DNA of 64,000 nt from an uncultured Gemmatimonadales bacterium (GCA_963823035.1 CAWGKG010000023.1:128001-192000), one strand, 5' to 3'; counted from the stretch's first letter, positions 9,386 through 20,219 are shown. The notes: generated by a model from the letters alone, not told the origin. A program made the numbers and translations.

Positions 9386-10793
9386 TCAGCCCCGCAGAGC
9401 GAAGAAGAGGACGAGCGCGACCAGCACCGCGACCGTCACCACGAGCCCGATGATGATGGGCGTCTTCGACGCGGCGGGTGCGGGCTTCGGTGGCGGCGGC
9501 GCGGCCGCGGGTGGAGGGGATCCGTACGCCGACAGCGCATCCCCGCCGGGCCGGCCGAGGGGCTGCGGCCCCGCGCCGCGGATCACGCGCGTGTAGTCGC
9601 TCGGTCCCGAAGGCACGACGGGCGGCTGCGCCCGGGGCGGCGGCGGCGCCATGCCGCCAGGCGCACGCGTCGACGCGGCATCACCCTTCTCCTGCAACCG
9701 ATCCAGGTAGCTTCCCGAGCCAGCGCCGTAGCCTTCCATCCCGAGGCCGCCGGCCTCGGACTCCGCGGGGGTCGGAGGCGGGTCGGGCTGTCCCGGTCCA
9801 CGGTACGCGCGCATCGCGAGCGTGTAGGGCCCGGGTGAGGCACCACCCTCCGGCGACGGCGGCGGCGAGGTGAGCGGCGCCGGCGGCGGCGGCGGCGGCG
9901 CCGCCGGCGGTTGGTAGGGCGGCGGCGGCGGCTCGACCGGCTGCCTCGCCGTCGGCGGCGGGGGCGGCGCGGACACCGGCTGCCAACCCCCGGGTTGGGG
10001 CGGAGGCGGAGGAGGCGCCGCGGGCCGGGACCGTTCGGCCGGCGGCGGGGGCGGGGGCGGCGGCGGAGCGAACCCGCCACCCGGGGCCTGCTTCCCACGC
10101 ATGATCCGCGTGAACGTGCCCGTGCTCGGCGTCGTCCCGGGCTGGGCCGGCGGCTCCGGCGGCCTGGCCGGGGGTGCCGCTCCGACGTCGGAGGCGGAGG
10201 GCGGCGGGGCCGGGGGTGGCGGCGGAGCCGGAGGCGTCGCGGCGGGCGGGGCGGCCGCGGGGCGCACGAGCGTGGGGTCCGAAGGGCGGGCTGTCGGTGG
10301 AGCGGGCGGCTCGGGGGCGGGCGAGGCGGTCGGCGGTCGGCGGCGTCTGCATCGACCCGAAGAGGCGCGTGAACTCACCCGGCGCGTCGGTACTCTCTTC
10401 CTCCGCGGGCGCCTCCTCCGGCGCTGGAGGCGACGCCTCGGCTTCCTCCGTCTCCTCCGGCTCGGCCTGGACGCGGAAGATGCGGGTGAACGCTCCGGGC
10501 TCCTCCGTCTCGGGACCGCGCTGACGGTCCGCGTACCATGCCTCGAAGGAGGTGAAGGGATCGACCACCTCGGTGACCACCACGCGGATGCCCTCGACCT
10601 CGAGGACCTCGCGTAGCTCCTCCTTCCCCTCCGGTCCGAGCGTCCCCTCGTCGAACTCGGGGGCGGGCTCGCCGCGGAAGACGTGGACCAGGGCGTATCC
10701 GCCCCGCCCGTCGGCGGCCCGGTAGCTCACGACGTCGCCGTCGTTCAGCTGCGCGCGGAGGCGGTATCTCGCGGTGAATTCGTCGCCTGTCAT
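9386..10793 (-). CDS. Pro-rich tail-anchored membrane protein with repeated G-x-[FY]-T-R motifs; frame break near 10340
   Basis: MTGDEFTARYRL.. from ATG 10793 (ORF 9681..11009) joined to Pro-rich ORF 9386..10378, which ends in a TM helix (IIIGLVVTVAVLVALVLFFALRG). Confidence 0.75.
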
Positions 10794-10993
10794 GGGCTGC
10801 AAAGGTACCCGAGGGCCCCGCGAAGGAGCAACCGCGCCGCGCGCACCCGTCCTCGGCCCGGGAAGCTGTGCCGGGCGTGGCTTCCCTTGCCAAGGAGCCG
10901 CCCGGTGCGGACTTTGCTCGGGGGAGTCCGGGGTCGGATCACAGCGGGCTCTCCGATGGCCCAAGCCTCGTCTCTCGCCGTGTCCTGACCTCC

Positions 10994-12352
10994 GTGGGTG
11001 TTCCAACACTCTCTCGCCTGGTGTGGACCGAGGGCATGCACCTCGCCCAGCACCACTTCCAGGCGCAATGCCGGTACTTCGAGAGCGCGATGCACTTCGC
11101 GCTCTCCTCCGTCATGCACGGGATCCATGGCTTCGTGGCCCTGGAGCTCGACCCCGACGCGCTCTGGAACGGCAAGGTCTCGCTCCTGCGCGGGACGGGC
11201 GTCATGCCGGACGGCCTCTCCTTCGACCTCGGCGAGTCGGATCCGCTTCCGGACGCGCGCGACGTCGCGTCTCTCCTGACCCCCGGGAGCGAGGGCACCA
11301 CGGTCCACCTCGTCATCCCGGCCTATCGTCCGACGCATGCGAACTGCGCCGTGGACGGCGAGTCCAACGGGGAGCCGCGGCGCTTCAGGGCGATGAGCGT
11401 GGCGCTCTTCGACGAGACCACGGGCACGGACGAGCGCACCATCGAGGTGGGAGGGCGGAACCTCGAGCTGGTGGGCGAGTCCGAGCTGCAGGAGGACCAG
11501 GTCGGCCTGCCGCTCGCCCGCCTGCGTGCCGAGGGCTCCGGGCACTTCGTCTTCGACCCGACCTTCGTGCCGCCCGTGCTGCGCATCGGGGCGAGCCCGA
11601 GGCTCATGGCGATCGTGCAGGGGCTGATCGAGATCCTCGAGGCCAAGGGGGAGGCGCTGCGCCGACAGCTCCCGGACGCGGAGTCCATGTCGGAGAAGGC
11701 CGGCCACGAGCTCACCGGGCTGTGGCTCACACACGCGATCTACTCGGGGCTCGGGCCGCTGCGCCACCACGCACAGTTCGGGCGCGCGCACCCCCGCGAC
11801 GTCTACCAGGACCTGGTCCGCCTCGCGGGCGCGTTGTGCACGTTCTCGCTCGAGTCGGAGGCGCGCGACCTCCCGCTCTACGAGCACGACCGGCCCGGAG
11901 ACACGTTCGCGGCGCTCGACAAGCACGTCCGCCGGCACCTCGAGGTCGTGATCCAGGAGAGCTACCTCTCCGTGCCGCTGAAGCGCACGGCGTCCAACCT
12001 CCATACGGCGATGCTCACGGACAAGCGGGCGCTGGATCGCTCCGAGTGGGTGCTGCGGATCCGGTCCAAGGTGCCCTCCGGCACGGTGATCACGGAGGTT
12101 CCCCGGAAGGTGAAGATCTGCTCCGCCGAAGACGTGATGCGGCTGGTCGGGAGCGCGGGCCTGCCCGCCCTCGGCATCGAGCACATCTCCACGCTCCCCC
12201 AGGCCATCCCGGCCCGCGTCGGCAGCCTGTACTTCAGGCTGCTGCGGGAGGGCCCGCCCTGGGAGCTCATCCAGGTGCGCGGAACGGTGGGTGTGTACGT
12301 GCCCGACACCCTGGCCGACGCGGAGCTGGAGCTGTTGGTCGTTCCCGCATGA
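10994..12352 (+). CDS. tssK: T6SS baseplate subunit TssK (copy 2)
   Basis: LVWTEGMHLAQHHFQAQ.RY, GVMPDG, FDPTFVPP, HPRDVY, LPLYEH, YFRL; start at GTG 10994 is approximate. Confidence 0.93.
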   Translation: MGVPTLSRLVWTEGMHLAQHHFQAQCRYFESAMHFALSSVMHGIHGFVALELDPDALWNGKVSLLRGTGVMPDGLSFDLGESDPLPDARDVASLLTPGSEGTTVHLVIPAYRPTHANCAVDGESNGEPRRFRAMSVALFDETTGTDERTIEVGGRNLELVGESELQEDQVGLPLARLRAEGSGHFVFDPTFVPPVLRIGASPRLMAIVQGLIEILEAKGEALRRQLPDAESMSEKAGHELTGLWLTHAIYSGLGPLRHHAQFGRAHPRDVYQDLVRLAGALCTFSLESEARDLPLYEHDRPGDTFAALDKHVRRHLEVVIQESYLSVPLKRTASNLHTAMLTDKRALDRSEWVLRIRSKVPSGTVITEVPRKVKICSAEDVMRLVGSAGLPALGIEHISTLPQAIPARVGSLYFRLLREGPPWELIQVRGTVGVYVPDTLADAELELLVVPA

Positions 12353-12380
12353 CCCCGCCGAAGCGCGCGAGCCAGGAGAC

Positions 12381-13109
12381 GTGATGGTCGATTCCCGGAT
12401 GTCGGGCACGGTGACGACGCCTTCCGGGCTCGCCCCCGTCGGGCGGCTCGCCGTGGCGTTGCAGGATGCCCTCACCGCCGTGGTCCGCCTGCGCGAGTCG
12501 CGGCAGGTGCCGAGCGACCCGGCGGCCTTCCGCCGGCGGATGAAGGACCTGCTGGCCGGCGCGGATCAGGAAGCGCGCCGCATGGGGTATCCGCCGGAAT
12601 TCGTGAAGATCTCCGTGTACTGCGTGATCGCCTACCTCGACGAGACGGTGCTCGGCACGCCCGGACCGCTCGCCTCGGCCTGGGTGGGTCAGCCGCTCCA
12701 GGAGGAGGTCTTCGGAGACCACGTGGCCGGCGAGACGTTCTTCCGGCACCTGGAGGACCTTCTCTCCCGACAGGATTCCGCCTTCGTGGCGGACGTGCTC
12801 GAGGTCCCGCTGCTGTGCATGCTCCTCGGCTTCAAGGGTCGCTACGGCTCCTCGGACGGGAGCGAGCTGCGCAGCTTCGTGCGTGCCACGCAGGACAAGA
12901 TCCTCCGCATCCGCGGGGGTGAGCCTCCGCTGTCGCCGAGGGCGCTCCCGCCGGCCGACGAGGGCGTGGTGCGCAGGGGCGATCCCTGGCTACGCCGCCT
13001 CTCGCTGGGCCTGCTGGGCGCGGGCGTGTTCGTGCTCCTCCTCTTCGTGCTCCTCCGCTTCGTCTCGCTCCCGGGTGGCGTGGACCGGGTTCGCGAGCTC
13101 GTGGGCTAG
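12381..13109 (+). CDS. tssL: T6SS membrane protein TssL/DotU (no OmpA domain)
   Basis: Y..IAYLDETVL..W..QPLQ..F..AGETFF..L..LLGFKGRY plus a C-terminal TM; GGAG RBS before GTG 12381. Confidence 0.93.
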   Translation: MMVDSRMSGTVTTPSGLAPVGRLAVALQDALTAVVRLRESRQVPSDPAAFRRRMKDLLAGADQEARRMGYPPEFVKISVYCVIAYLDETVLGTPGPLASAWVGQPLQEEVFGDHVAGETFFRHLEDLLSRQDSAFVADVLEVPLLCMLLGFKGRYGSSDGSELRSFVRATQDKILRIRGGEPPLSPRALPPADEGVVRRGDPWLRRLSLGLLGAGVFVLLLFVLLRFVSLPGGVDRVRELVG

Positions 13110-13138
13110 CCGCCCCCCTCAAGGAGACCCTCGCGCCG

Positions 13139-16100
13139 ATGCCGCGGATGCCCAAGCCCAAGACCCTGGCGATCGGGGTTCCCTCCCTCATGATCGTCGC
13201 CGTGCTCGGCTGGATGACCGCGGGTTGGCTCCACCTGTCGGGCTGGCTCCTCTGGGTGGTCCGCTCCGTGCTCTGGATCCTGGGCGGCGTGCTGGTCTGG
13301 CTGGTGCTCAAGCTGTTCAGGACGTCCGCGGCCTCCCCGGCCAACCGCTCCGCCCCGGACCCGGTGATGCCGCTCCTGGACCAGGCGCGCAAGCGCCTGA
13401 ACGCGGCCGGCGTCCGGGGGCGCGGGGTGCTGGGCAAGCTCCCCGTCCTCCTGATCCTGGGGCCGCGCGGCTCCGCGAAGACCACCTTCGTGCAGCAGTC
13501 CGGGCTCGACGCCGAGCACCTGGCCGGCAACCTCTTCTCGGGCGACATGATCGCGCCGACCGAGGTGCTCAACGTCTGGTACCACGACGGCCACGTCCTG
13601 GTCGAGGCGGGCGGCGCCCTGGCCGTGGAGCCGAGCCGCTGGGCGCGCCTGGTGGAGAAGATCCAGCCGAAGAAGTGGCTGCCCGCCCTCCTGGGCCGCC
13701 CGCAGGCGCCCCGCGTCGCGATCGTCTGCTTCAGCACCGAGGACCTGGTGAGCAGCGCGGCCGCGGACGCGGTCGTGCCCGCGGCGCGCAACCTGCGTGA
13801 CCGTCTGGCCGAGCTGTCGGACAGCATCGGCATCCGCCTTCCGGTCTACGTGGTGTTCACGAAGGCGGACGCGATCCCGCACTTCACGGAGTTCGTGAAG
13901 AACCTCACGTCGGCGGAGACCCGCGAGCTGCTTGGCACCACGCTGCGCGCGCTCGGCGACCCGGCGACGGCCGCTTCGTACCCCGAGCGGGAGACGGGAC
14001 GGGTGAGCGTCGGCGTTCGACGACCTGTTCCACGCGCTCGCGCTCCGGCGCGTCTCGGTGCTCGGGCGCGCCGGGAGCCTCGAGGGCAACGGCGCTGCGT
14101 ACGAGTTCCCACGCGAGTTCAAGAAGGTCTCGAAGCCGGCGATCGACTTCCTCGTGGAGCTGTGCCGTCCGAGCCAGCTGCGCGTCAGCCCGTTCCTGCG
14201 CGGCTTCTACTTCACGGGCGTGCGCCCCGTGGTGGTGGAGGGCCAGGCCGCCGCGGGGCCCCAGCCGTCCGTCTCGGCGCAGGCGGACCCGTCGGCCGGC
14301 GCCACGCAGGTGTTCGACCTGCACGCGATGCAGGAGGCCGGCCGCGCCGTGGTCCCCGAGCCGAGGGGCCAGCGACGCGTCCCGCAGTGGGTCTTCCTCG
14401 CCGGGATCCTGCGCCGCGTCGTGCTCGGCGACCAGGTCGCGATGGGCATCACGACGAGCGGCTTCGGGCTGTCGGTGCTGCGACGGCTCTCGCTCGCGGT
14501 GGGTATCGCGGCCGTCCTCTTCCTGGGTGTGCTGCTGGTCGCTTCGCATGGATTCGACCGGGGCCTGCAGGAGGACGTGCGCGCAGCCGTGGCCGGCGTG
14601 CAGAACCTCTCGCCCCCGCCGGTCGGGGTGGTCGGCGCGACGGACCTCGAGCGCCTGGACGCGCTGCGCCGGGTCACCGCCCGACTGTCGCGGTGGGAGA
14701 ACGGACACCGCCCCCTGCGCAACCTCCTGTTCATGTACACGGGCGGCGATCTCTACCCGCTCGCCCGACGCGCGTACTTCGCGCGGCTGCGGACGCTCAT
14801 GTTCAGCCGCGCCTTCGAGGACGTGCGCGAGCAGCTGGCCAGCCCTCCCGCCGGAGCCGACGCTCGACGAGTACGACCGTGTGTACCGCTCGCTCAAGGT
14901 GTACGTCGAGGTCACGGAGCGGCCCGACCAGGCCACCGGCCCCTTCTTCGGCGACGTCCTCACCGAGCATTGGGCCGCCGGCGAGGACCCCGACAGCCTC
15001 TCGCGCGCGCTCGCGAAGGAGCAGTTCGCCTTCCTCGGCTCGGAGCTCCCCTACGGCAATCCGTACGACGAGGCGCAGAACAGCGGGCTGGTGAACACGG
15101 CACGCTCCTTCCTGGCGGACAACACCAACGAGGCCTCCTTCTACGGCAGCCTGCTCGCGCAGTGGAACCGACTTCCGCCCGCCATCCTCGCGCGTGACCG
15201 CCCCGGAACGAGCGGGTATCTGACCGGGAGCCCGGAGGTACCCGGCTCGTTCACACGCACCGGGTGGGACTCCGTGCAGACGAGCCTCGCGGCCACCGGC
15301 GACGCCGCCAGCCTCGACCTGCACGTGGTCGGCACGGAGTTCTTCGATCGGCTGCGGGCACGGGGCTTCGACCCGCAGACCGTGGCGCCCCACCTCGAAG
15401 AGCGCTACGAGCAGGACTACCGGACGCCTGGATCCGCTTCCTGGCGAGGACGCGCCTGGACGGGCGCGGGCTGCAGAGCAGCGGTCCGTGGCTGACCGAG
15501 CTGGGCGGAAACCGCTCCCCGATCTTCCAGCTCCTGGCCTACGTGGACTCGCAGACGAGCGTCGGCCGCCCGGCCGTGGAGACGCCGTTCGAGGCGTTAC
15601 GGTCCCTCGTGGCGCCGGACACCGTGCAGCAGCTGTTCAGCGAGGCGACGGGCCGTCCGTACCTGGCTCAAGGTCCAGACGCTGGCCCAGGGTGTCGGCC
15701 AGCTGGCCTCGCAGCCGGGATCGCCCGAGGCTTCGCAGGCGGTGCGCGCGGCCTCCTCCGACGGCCTCGCCTTCGTGCGGGGCATCGAGGTCGATTTCCC
15801 CACCGAGCCGGCCCCGGCCAACCGTGCCAGCGAGGCCGTGACCGCGCTGCTCGCCGGTCCTTTCCGGTGGGCGGACCAGCAGGCGGGCCAGGGTCCGCAG
15901 CTCGCGGCGAACCAGCTCGCCCGGGAGTTCTGCTCCAGACAGGAGAGCCGCGTGCTGGGGCGCTATCCCTTCCACACCGGGTCGCCCGACGCCTCCCTCC
16001 AGGACGTCGAAGCGCTGCTGAAAGACGGACGGCGAGTTGCAGGCGTTCTTCCAGGCCGCGGAGGGCACCGGGGCAACGCTCAACCAGACCTACGAACGGT

Positions 16101-16544
16101 TCCGCGCCCGCGCGAACGAGATCGCCGAGCGCCTTCTATCAGAGCGGAGGCGCCGGCCCGGGGTTCCCGCTCCAGTTCCAGGTGCGCAGCTTCGAGGGGA
16201 TCGACCGCGTGGAGCTGCGCATCGACGGCAGCTCTCGCGTCTACACCCCGGCGCAGCAGGACCGGCAGACCTTCACCTGGGACGCGGCCCGCGCCGAGCA
16301 GGCGAGCCTCGTGGTCCAGTCCGGCGACCGCCGGGAGCCGCTTGAATTCAACGGCACGTGGGCGATCTTCCGGCTCTTCCACCAGGGCAACTGGGAGTCG
16401 GCCGGAAACAGCACGTATCGCGTGACCTGGACCCTGCCCAGCACGGGGATGAGGGTCACCGCGGACGTGACGTTGCGCGGTGCGCCGATCCTCGACCGCA
16501 GCTACCTGTCGACGTTCTCGTGCCCGACGAGCATCGCCCGATGA
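13139..16544 (+). CDS. tssM: T6SS membrane protein TssM/IcmF; about six frame breaks
   Basis: Two N-terminal TMs, LP.LLILGPRGSAKTT (Walker A-like), RLPVYVVFTKAD, LRGFYFT, third TM, VPGSFTRTGW, C-terminal F.GTWAIFRLF. Stitched from ORFs at 13139, 14058, 14527, 15264 and 15742. Confidence 0.9.
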
Positions 16545-16588
16545 GGCCCGGCCACGAGGCCGGCCCAGGTCTTCGAAGGAGAGTACGC

Positions 16589-17182
16589 ATGCGCTCGCTC
16601 CGATACGTTCCGATCGTCGTGCTCACCCTGTCGTCGCCCGCGTGCGGAGGCGGTGCGCCCCCGCCGGTCGCGCCGAGCCGCCGCGTCGAAGCGATCCAGG
16701 ACGCCGATCGCCTCTACCGGGACGACCGCACGGAGGTCGACTCCGTCCGCGTGGTCATCTCGGACCCCGAGACGCTCAGATTGTGGTGGAGCCGTGCGAC
16801 GGCCCAGACCCCGGAGCCCAAGCCGGCGATGCCGTCCGTGGACTTCGCGAGCCACTCGGTCCTCCTCGTCACCGCCGGTCGGAGCAACGCCGGAGATCGC
16901 ATCCGCGTCGACAGCATCGGCTTCGAGATCCGGCCCACGCCCGGCGGCGGGCGCGACGAGGTCTGGTTCGCCATCGTGCGCACGATGCCCGACTGCAACC
17001 CCTTCCCCGGCACGGCCTACCCACTCGAGTTCGTGCGCGTGCCCAAGGTGACGGGGAGCTTCGAGTTCGTGGACCGGGTGGTCGCTTGTCCCGGCCAGCT
17101 CGACCCCGCATTCGACCACGAAGAAGGGGCCGGGCGACCCTCGTCGCCCGACCCCGGACCTCCCGCGGCCGACCGCGACTGA
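16589..17182 (+). CDS. Putative lipoprotein with PrcB C-terminal-like domain
   Basis: AAGGAG RBS; signal MRSLRYVPIVVLTLSSPAC; PSVDFASHSVLLVTAG....GDRIRVDSI resembles the PrcB_C motif. Confidence 0.65.
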   Translation: MRSLRYVPIVVLTLSSPACGGGAPPPVAPSRRVEAIQDADRLYRDDRTEVDSVRVVISDPETLRLWWSRATAQTPEPKPAMPSVDFASHSVLLVTAGRSNAGDRIRVDSIGFEIRPTPGGGRDEVWFAIVRTMPDCNPFPGTAYPLEFVRVPKVTGSFEFVDRVVACPGQLDPAFDHEEGAGRPSSPDPGPPAADRD

Positions 17183-18864
17183 AGGCGGCTCGGCGACCAC
17201 CGACGCCTCCGCGCGGCCGCTCCGGCGCGGTCGCACCGGTCGGCTTCGGCACGACCACCTCGAGCTCGTTGCTGCGGTTCCCGGCGATGTCCGTGATGCT
17301 CACGGCGAGGGTCACCGACGTGTTCGTCCCGAACACGATGCAGTAGTTGGGCGTCACCGACCCCGCGGAGCCGGTGCCGTCGGTGCTGAAGTCGGTCTCG
17401 GCCTGGCCGGTGGTGCCGCTGGGCTGGAAGGTGAACCTCGTACGCACGGGAACCGTCGCCCCGATGTCGCCGTTGGCGTCCATGTAGTCGAAGGGGACGT
17501 TGACGCTGGTGCCGCCGTTGGAGCAGCTCGCGCTGTTGACCTCGACGACCGTGAACGACGCGTTCGAGATCGTCGGCGGTGACGCGGTGGCCACCACGTC
17601 CGCTTCGAGGCTCGCCCCCTCGAAGTCCGAGAACGCCACCACGAAGATGGTCCACGGACCGCCTTGCGGGGCGTCGATGTCACAGACCTCGTCGTTGCTG
17701 TTCTCCCTCGACTGGCAGGGCCAGGTCGCCGCCTCCGTGAGGCTGAACGGCGAGCTCGCCGGGGCGGCGAACAGGTCCGCGTCCCCGGAGCCTCCCGACG
17801 TCGCCAGGTGGAGGGAGGAGATACCGCTGGCCGGAACGTCGAAGGTGAAGTAGCGGACGTCGCTGATCGCGCCGGACAGGCCGCCCACCGGGGCGCCAGC
17901 CGTCAACGTCGTGTACGGAAGGAGCTCCGCGTCGACCGCGACCCCATCGTACGCTTCGGCGCCGTGGACCCCGACGTACCACGTCCCCGCGCCGGGGTTC
18001 ACCACGGAACAGAAGTCCAGATTGTTGCTGTAGCTGTCCGAGAAGAGCGCGGACCTGCAGTCGAACGTGCCGGTCGTCGGCGGCGAGCCCCGACGGATGT
18101 AGAGGTCGGGATTGCCCGTGCCGCCACGGACGCGGAACTGGAGGACACGGTCCGTCGCACCGCTCGGTACCTCGAACGAATACACGGTGAAGCTGCCCGC
18201 CGCACCCGAGCGTCCCGTGATGGGCACGCCGTCCTGGAGCGTGAGGTTCGCCGCGGCGACCTGTACCGGGACGCCCTCCGAGGGCTCTCCGTCCGAGCCG
18301 AAGCGCGTCCTCGCGAAGACCCGCACGTAGAAGGTGCCTTCCGTGGTGAGCGTGAAGCTCGAGGACGTGCCGGAGACTTCGAACGACTGGAGGTTGTTGA
18401 ACTCGGGGTTGCCGGCCCACTGCACGACGTAGCCGTCCGCCCCCGGGACCGCCTGGAACGAGACCGACACGGGGTCCCCGGCCGCCACCTGCGGAGGGAA
18501 CCGTCAGACCCGTCGGCACGAAGTTGGCCGGGGTGATCGTCGCCTGCCGGTTCTGTCCCGCGACCACGGACACGGAGGTCTGGCCGAACCCGACGACCTT
18601 GCCCGACGCGAAGGCCTCGAGCGACAGGGTGTAGGCGCCCGGCTGGAGGTTCTCGACCGTCACGCTCGCCCCCGGAGCCAGCGGGACCGAGCGGGTGGTC
18701 GGACCCTCCACGTGGAGCGTGCCGGCGTCGGGCGCCGAGGCGAGCTCGGGCGACAGGATGATCTGCAGGGCGAGCCCCGCCTCGACGGGCGGGTCGACCG
18801 CTCCCGCCTCGCACCCCGCCAGCGCCAGGAGCGCGAGGAGGGCGAGCCCCCGCCGGGGGCTCAT
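16869..18864 (-). CDS. Lipoprotein with FN3/Ig-like and two PPC (pre-peptidase C-terminal) domains; frame break near 18490; 3' end uncertain (plausible sequence ends near 17230)
   Basis: Lipobox LALAGC; GGTGNPDLYIRRG..FDCRS..GTWYVGV and GGSGDADLF..CQS..E.C..W repeats. Confidence 0.8.
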
Positions 18865-20219
18865 AGCCCGCCTCCGGGGAACGTCACGGTGATCGAGCCC
18901 GTGGTGGCGGCAGGTGGGGGCGTTCCTCCGTTGCCGCCTCCCCCGCCCAGCACGGCGGCGGCTACGCCCACGGCCGCGGCGCCCGCGCCGATCCAGACCC
19001 AGGGCACCTTCCCGCCCCCGCCGACCTGCGCCTCGGTCACCACGTCCTGGGTGGCCCGCGCCAGCAGCTCCTCGGCCAGCCGGATCGGGGCCACCTGGTC
19101 GGGGCCGGTCACCACGCCGATGAGGCCGCCGGCACGGTCGAAGAGCGGGCTGCCCGTCGCCGACGCCGGGAGCGTCGGCTCGAAGCGCACGGGTCCGGTC
19201 GGTCGGCTGGGCCAGCCGGCCAGCCGGGTGCGTGCGTTGGTGGCCTCGTCGCACCCGGCCCGGTAGCGGGACCACGCGAACGTCCCGTCCGCCACCCCTG
19301 AGGCTTCCGAGAGCGTCGGCTGCTGCGTCGCGTCGACCCGCAGGACCGTGAGGCCGAGACCCGCGTCGCTCGCGGCCACCGACGCCGCCCGGAAGGCACC
19401 GCTGGACGTGCGGATCTCCAGGCCGGTGCTCTGGCCGATCGCGTTGGCGGCCGTCAGCACCAGCCCGTTGGGCCGTGCCATCAGCCCGTTCGTGCACACC
19501 TGCCGACCCCCCTGCGTGTAGCGGATGGTGACGAGCGCCGGCGACACGCGCGCCTCCGTCGTCGCAGGCAAGAGGGGAGGGAGGGTGAACTGCAGCACGG
19601 TGGTCGCGCCCGGGAGCACTTCCCGCGTGACCCGCACGGTCTCGTATCCGGGCGCCTCGGCCACGAGCTGGTACGTGGCCGGCTCCAGCTCCATCGACCC
19701 ACCCGGCGGGACCGCCCCGCGTCCCTCCACGGTCACCTGCACCGGAACCGACGGGTTCGATGCGGTCACCCGCACGGAACCTTCCACGTCGGGCGCGTAG
19801 CCGCTCGGCCAGCGCCACGTCGTCGTCACCCAGGAGGCATCGGTCGACTCCTCCGTCTCCACGGAGGGGACCGCGCGCTCGTACGCCGCGACCGTCGAGG
19901 GGGAGTAGTACGTCCGGTCGATGCCCCACTGCGGCGCGTGGCGCGCCGCCCAGCGCAGCCAGAGCGCGCCGGCCGCGGCCTCGCCGCTACCGATGAGGTT
20001 CTGGGCGAGGTCGAAGACACCCACGGCCCACAGGCTGTCGAGCGCGCCGGCGGTCGGGTCCGCGGCGCGCTCCAGGAGGTCGAGGCGCCGCGCGGCGTCG
20101 AACTCGTTGCGCGCCTGCTGGATCAGCTCCCCGCGCGCCTGGGCGCCGAGGGGCGCCGCACAGGCGGCGGCCACGAACGAAAGCGCGGCTACCAAGCCCG
20201 CCGGATGGTTCAGCCTCAT
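18861..20219 (-). CDS. Exported protein with PEGA-like and degenerate trypsin-like (HtrA-type) domain plus C-terminal hydrophobic segment
   Basis: Signal peptide; LEPATYQLVAEAPGYE (PEGA-like); GLVLTAANAI, GLTVLRV, ATGSPLFDRAGGLIGV; WVWIGAGAAAVGVAAAVL. ATGA overlaps with both neighbours. Confidence 0.75.
   Translation of the reverse strand: MRLNHPAGLVAALSFVAAACAAPLGAQARGELIQQARNEFDAARRLDLLERAADPTAGALDSLWAVGVFDLAQNLIGSGEAAAGALWLRWAARHAPQWGIDRTYYSPSTVAAYERAVPSVETEESTDASWVTTTWRWPSGYAPDVEGSVRVTASNPSVPVQVTVEGRGAVPPGGSMELEPATYQLVAEAPGYETVRVTREVLPGATTVLQFTLPPLLPATTEARVSPALVTIRYTQGGRQVCTNGLMARPNGLVLTAANAIGQSTGLEIRTSSGAFRAASVAASDAGLGLTVLRVDATQQPTLSEASGVADGTFAWSRYRAGCDEATNARTRLAGWPSRPTGPVRFEPTLPASATGSPLFDRAGGLIGVVTGPDQVAPIRLAEELLARATQDVVTEAQVGGGGKVPWVWIGAGAAAVGVAAAVLGGGGGNGGTPPPAATTGSITVTFPGGGL

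Noticed and set aside
9855..10070. GGC/CCG trinucleotide runs as a microsatellite or array
   Set aside because: They are poly-Pro codons of the minus-strand protein.
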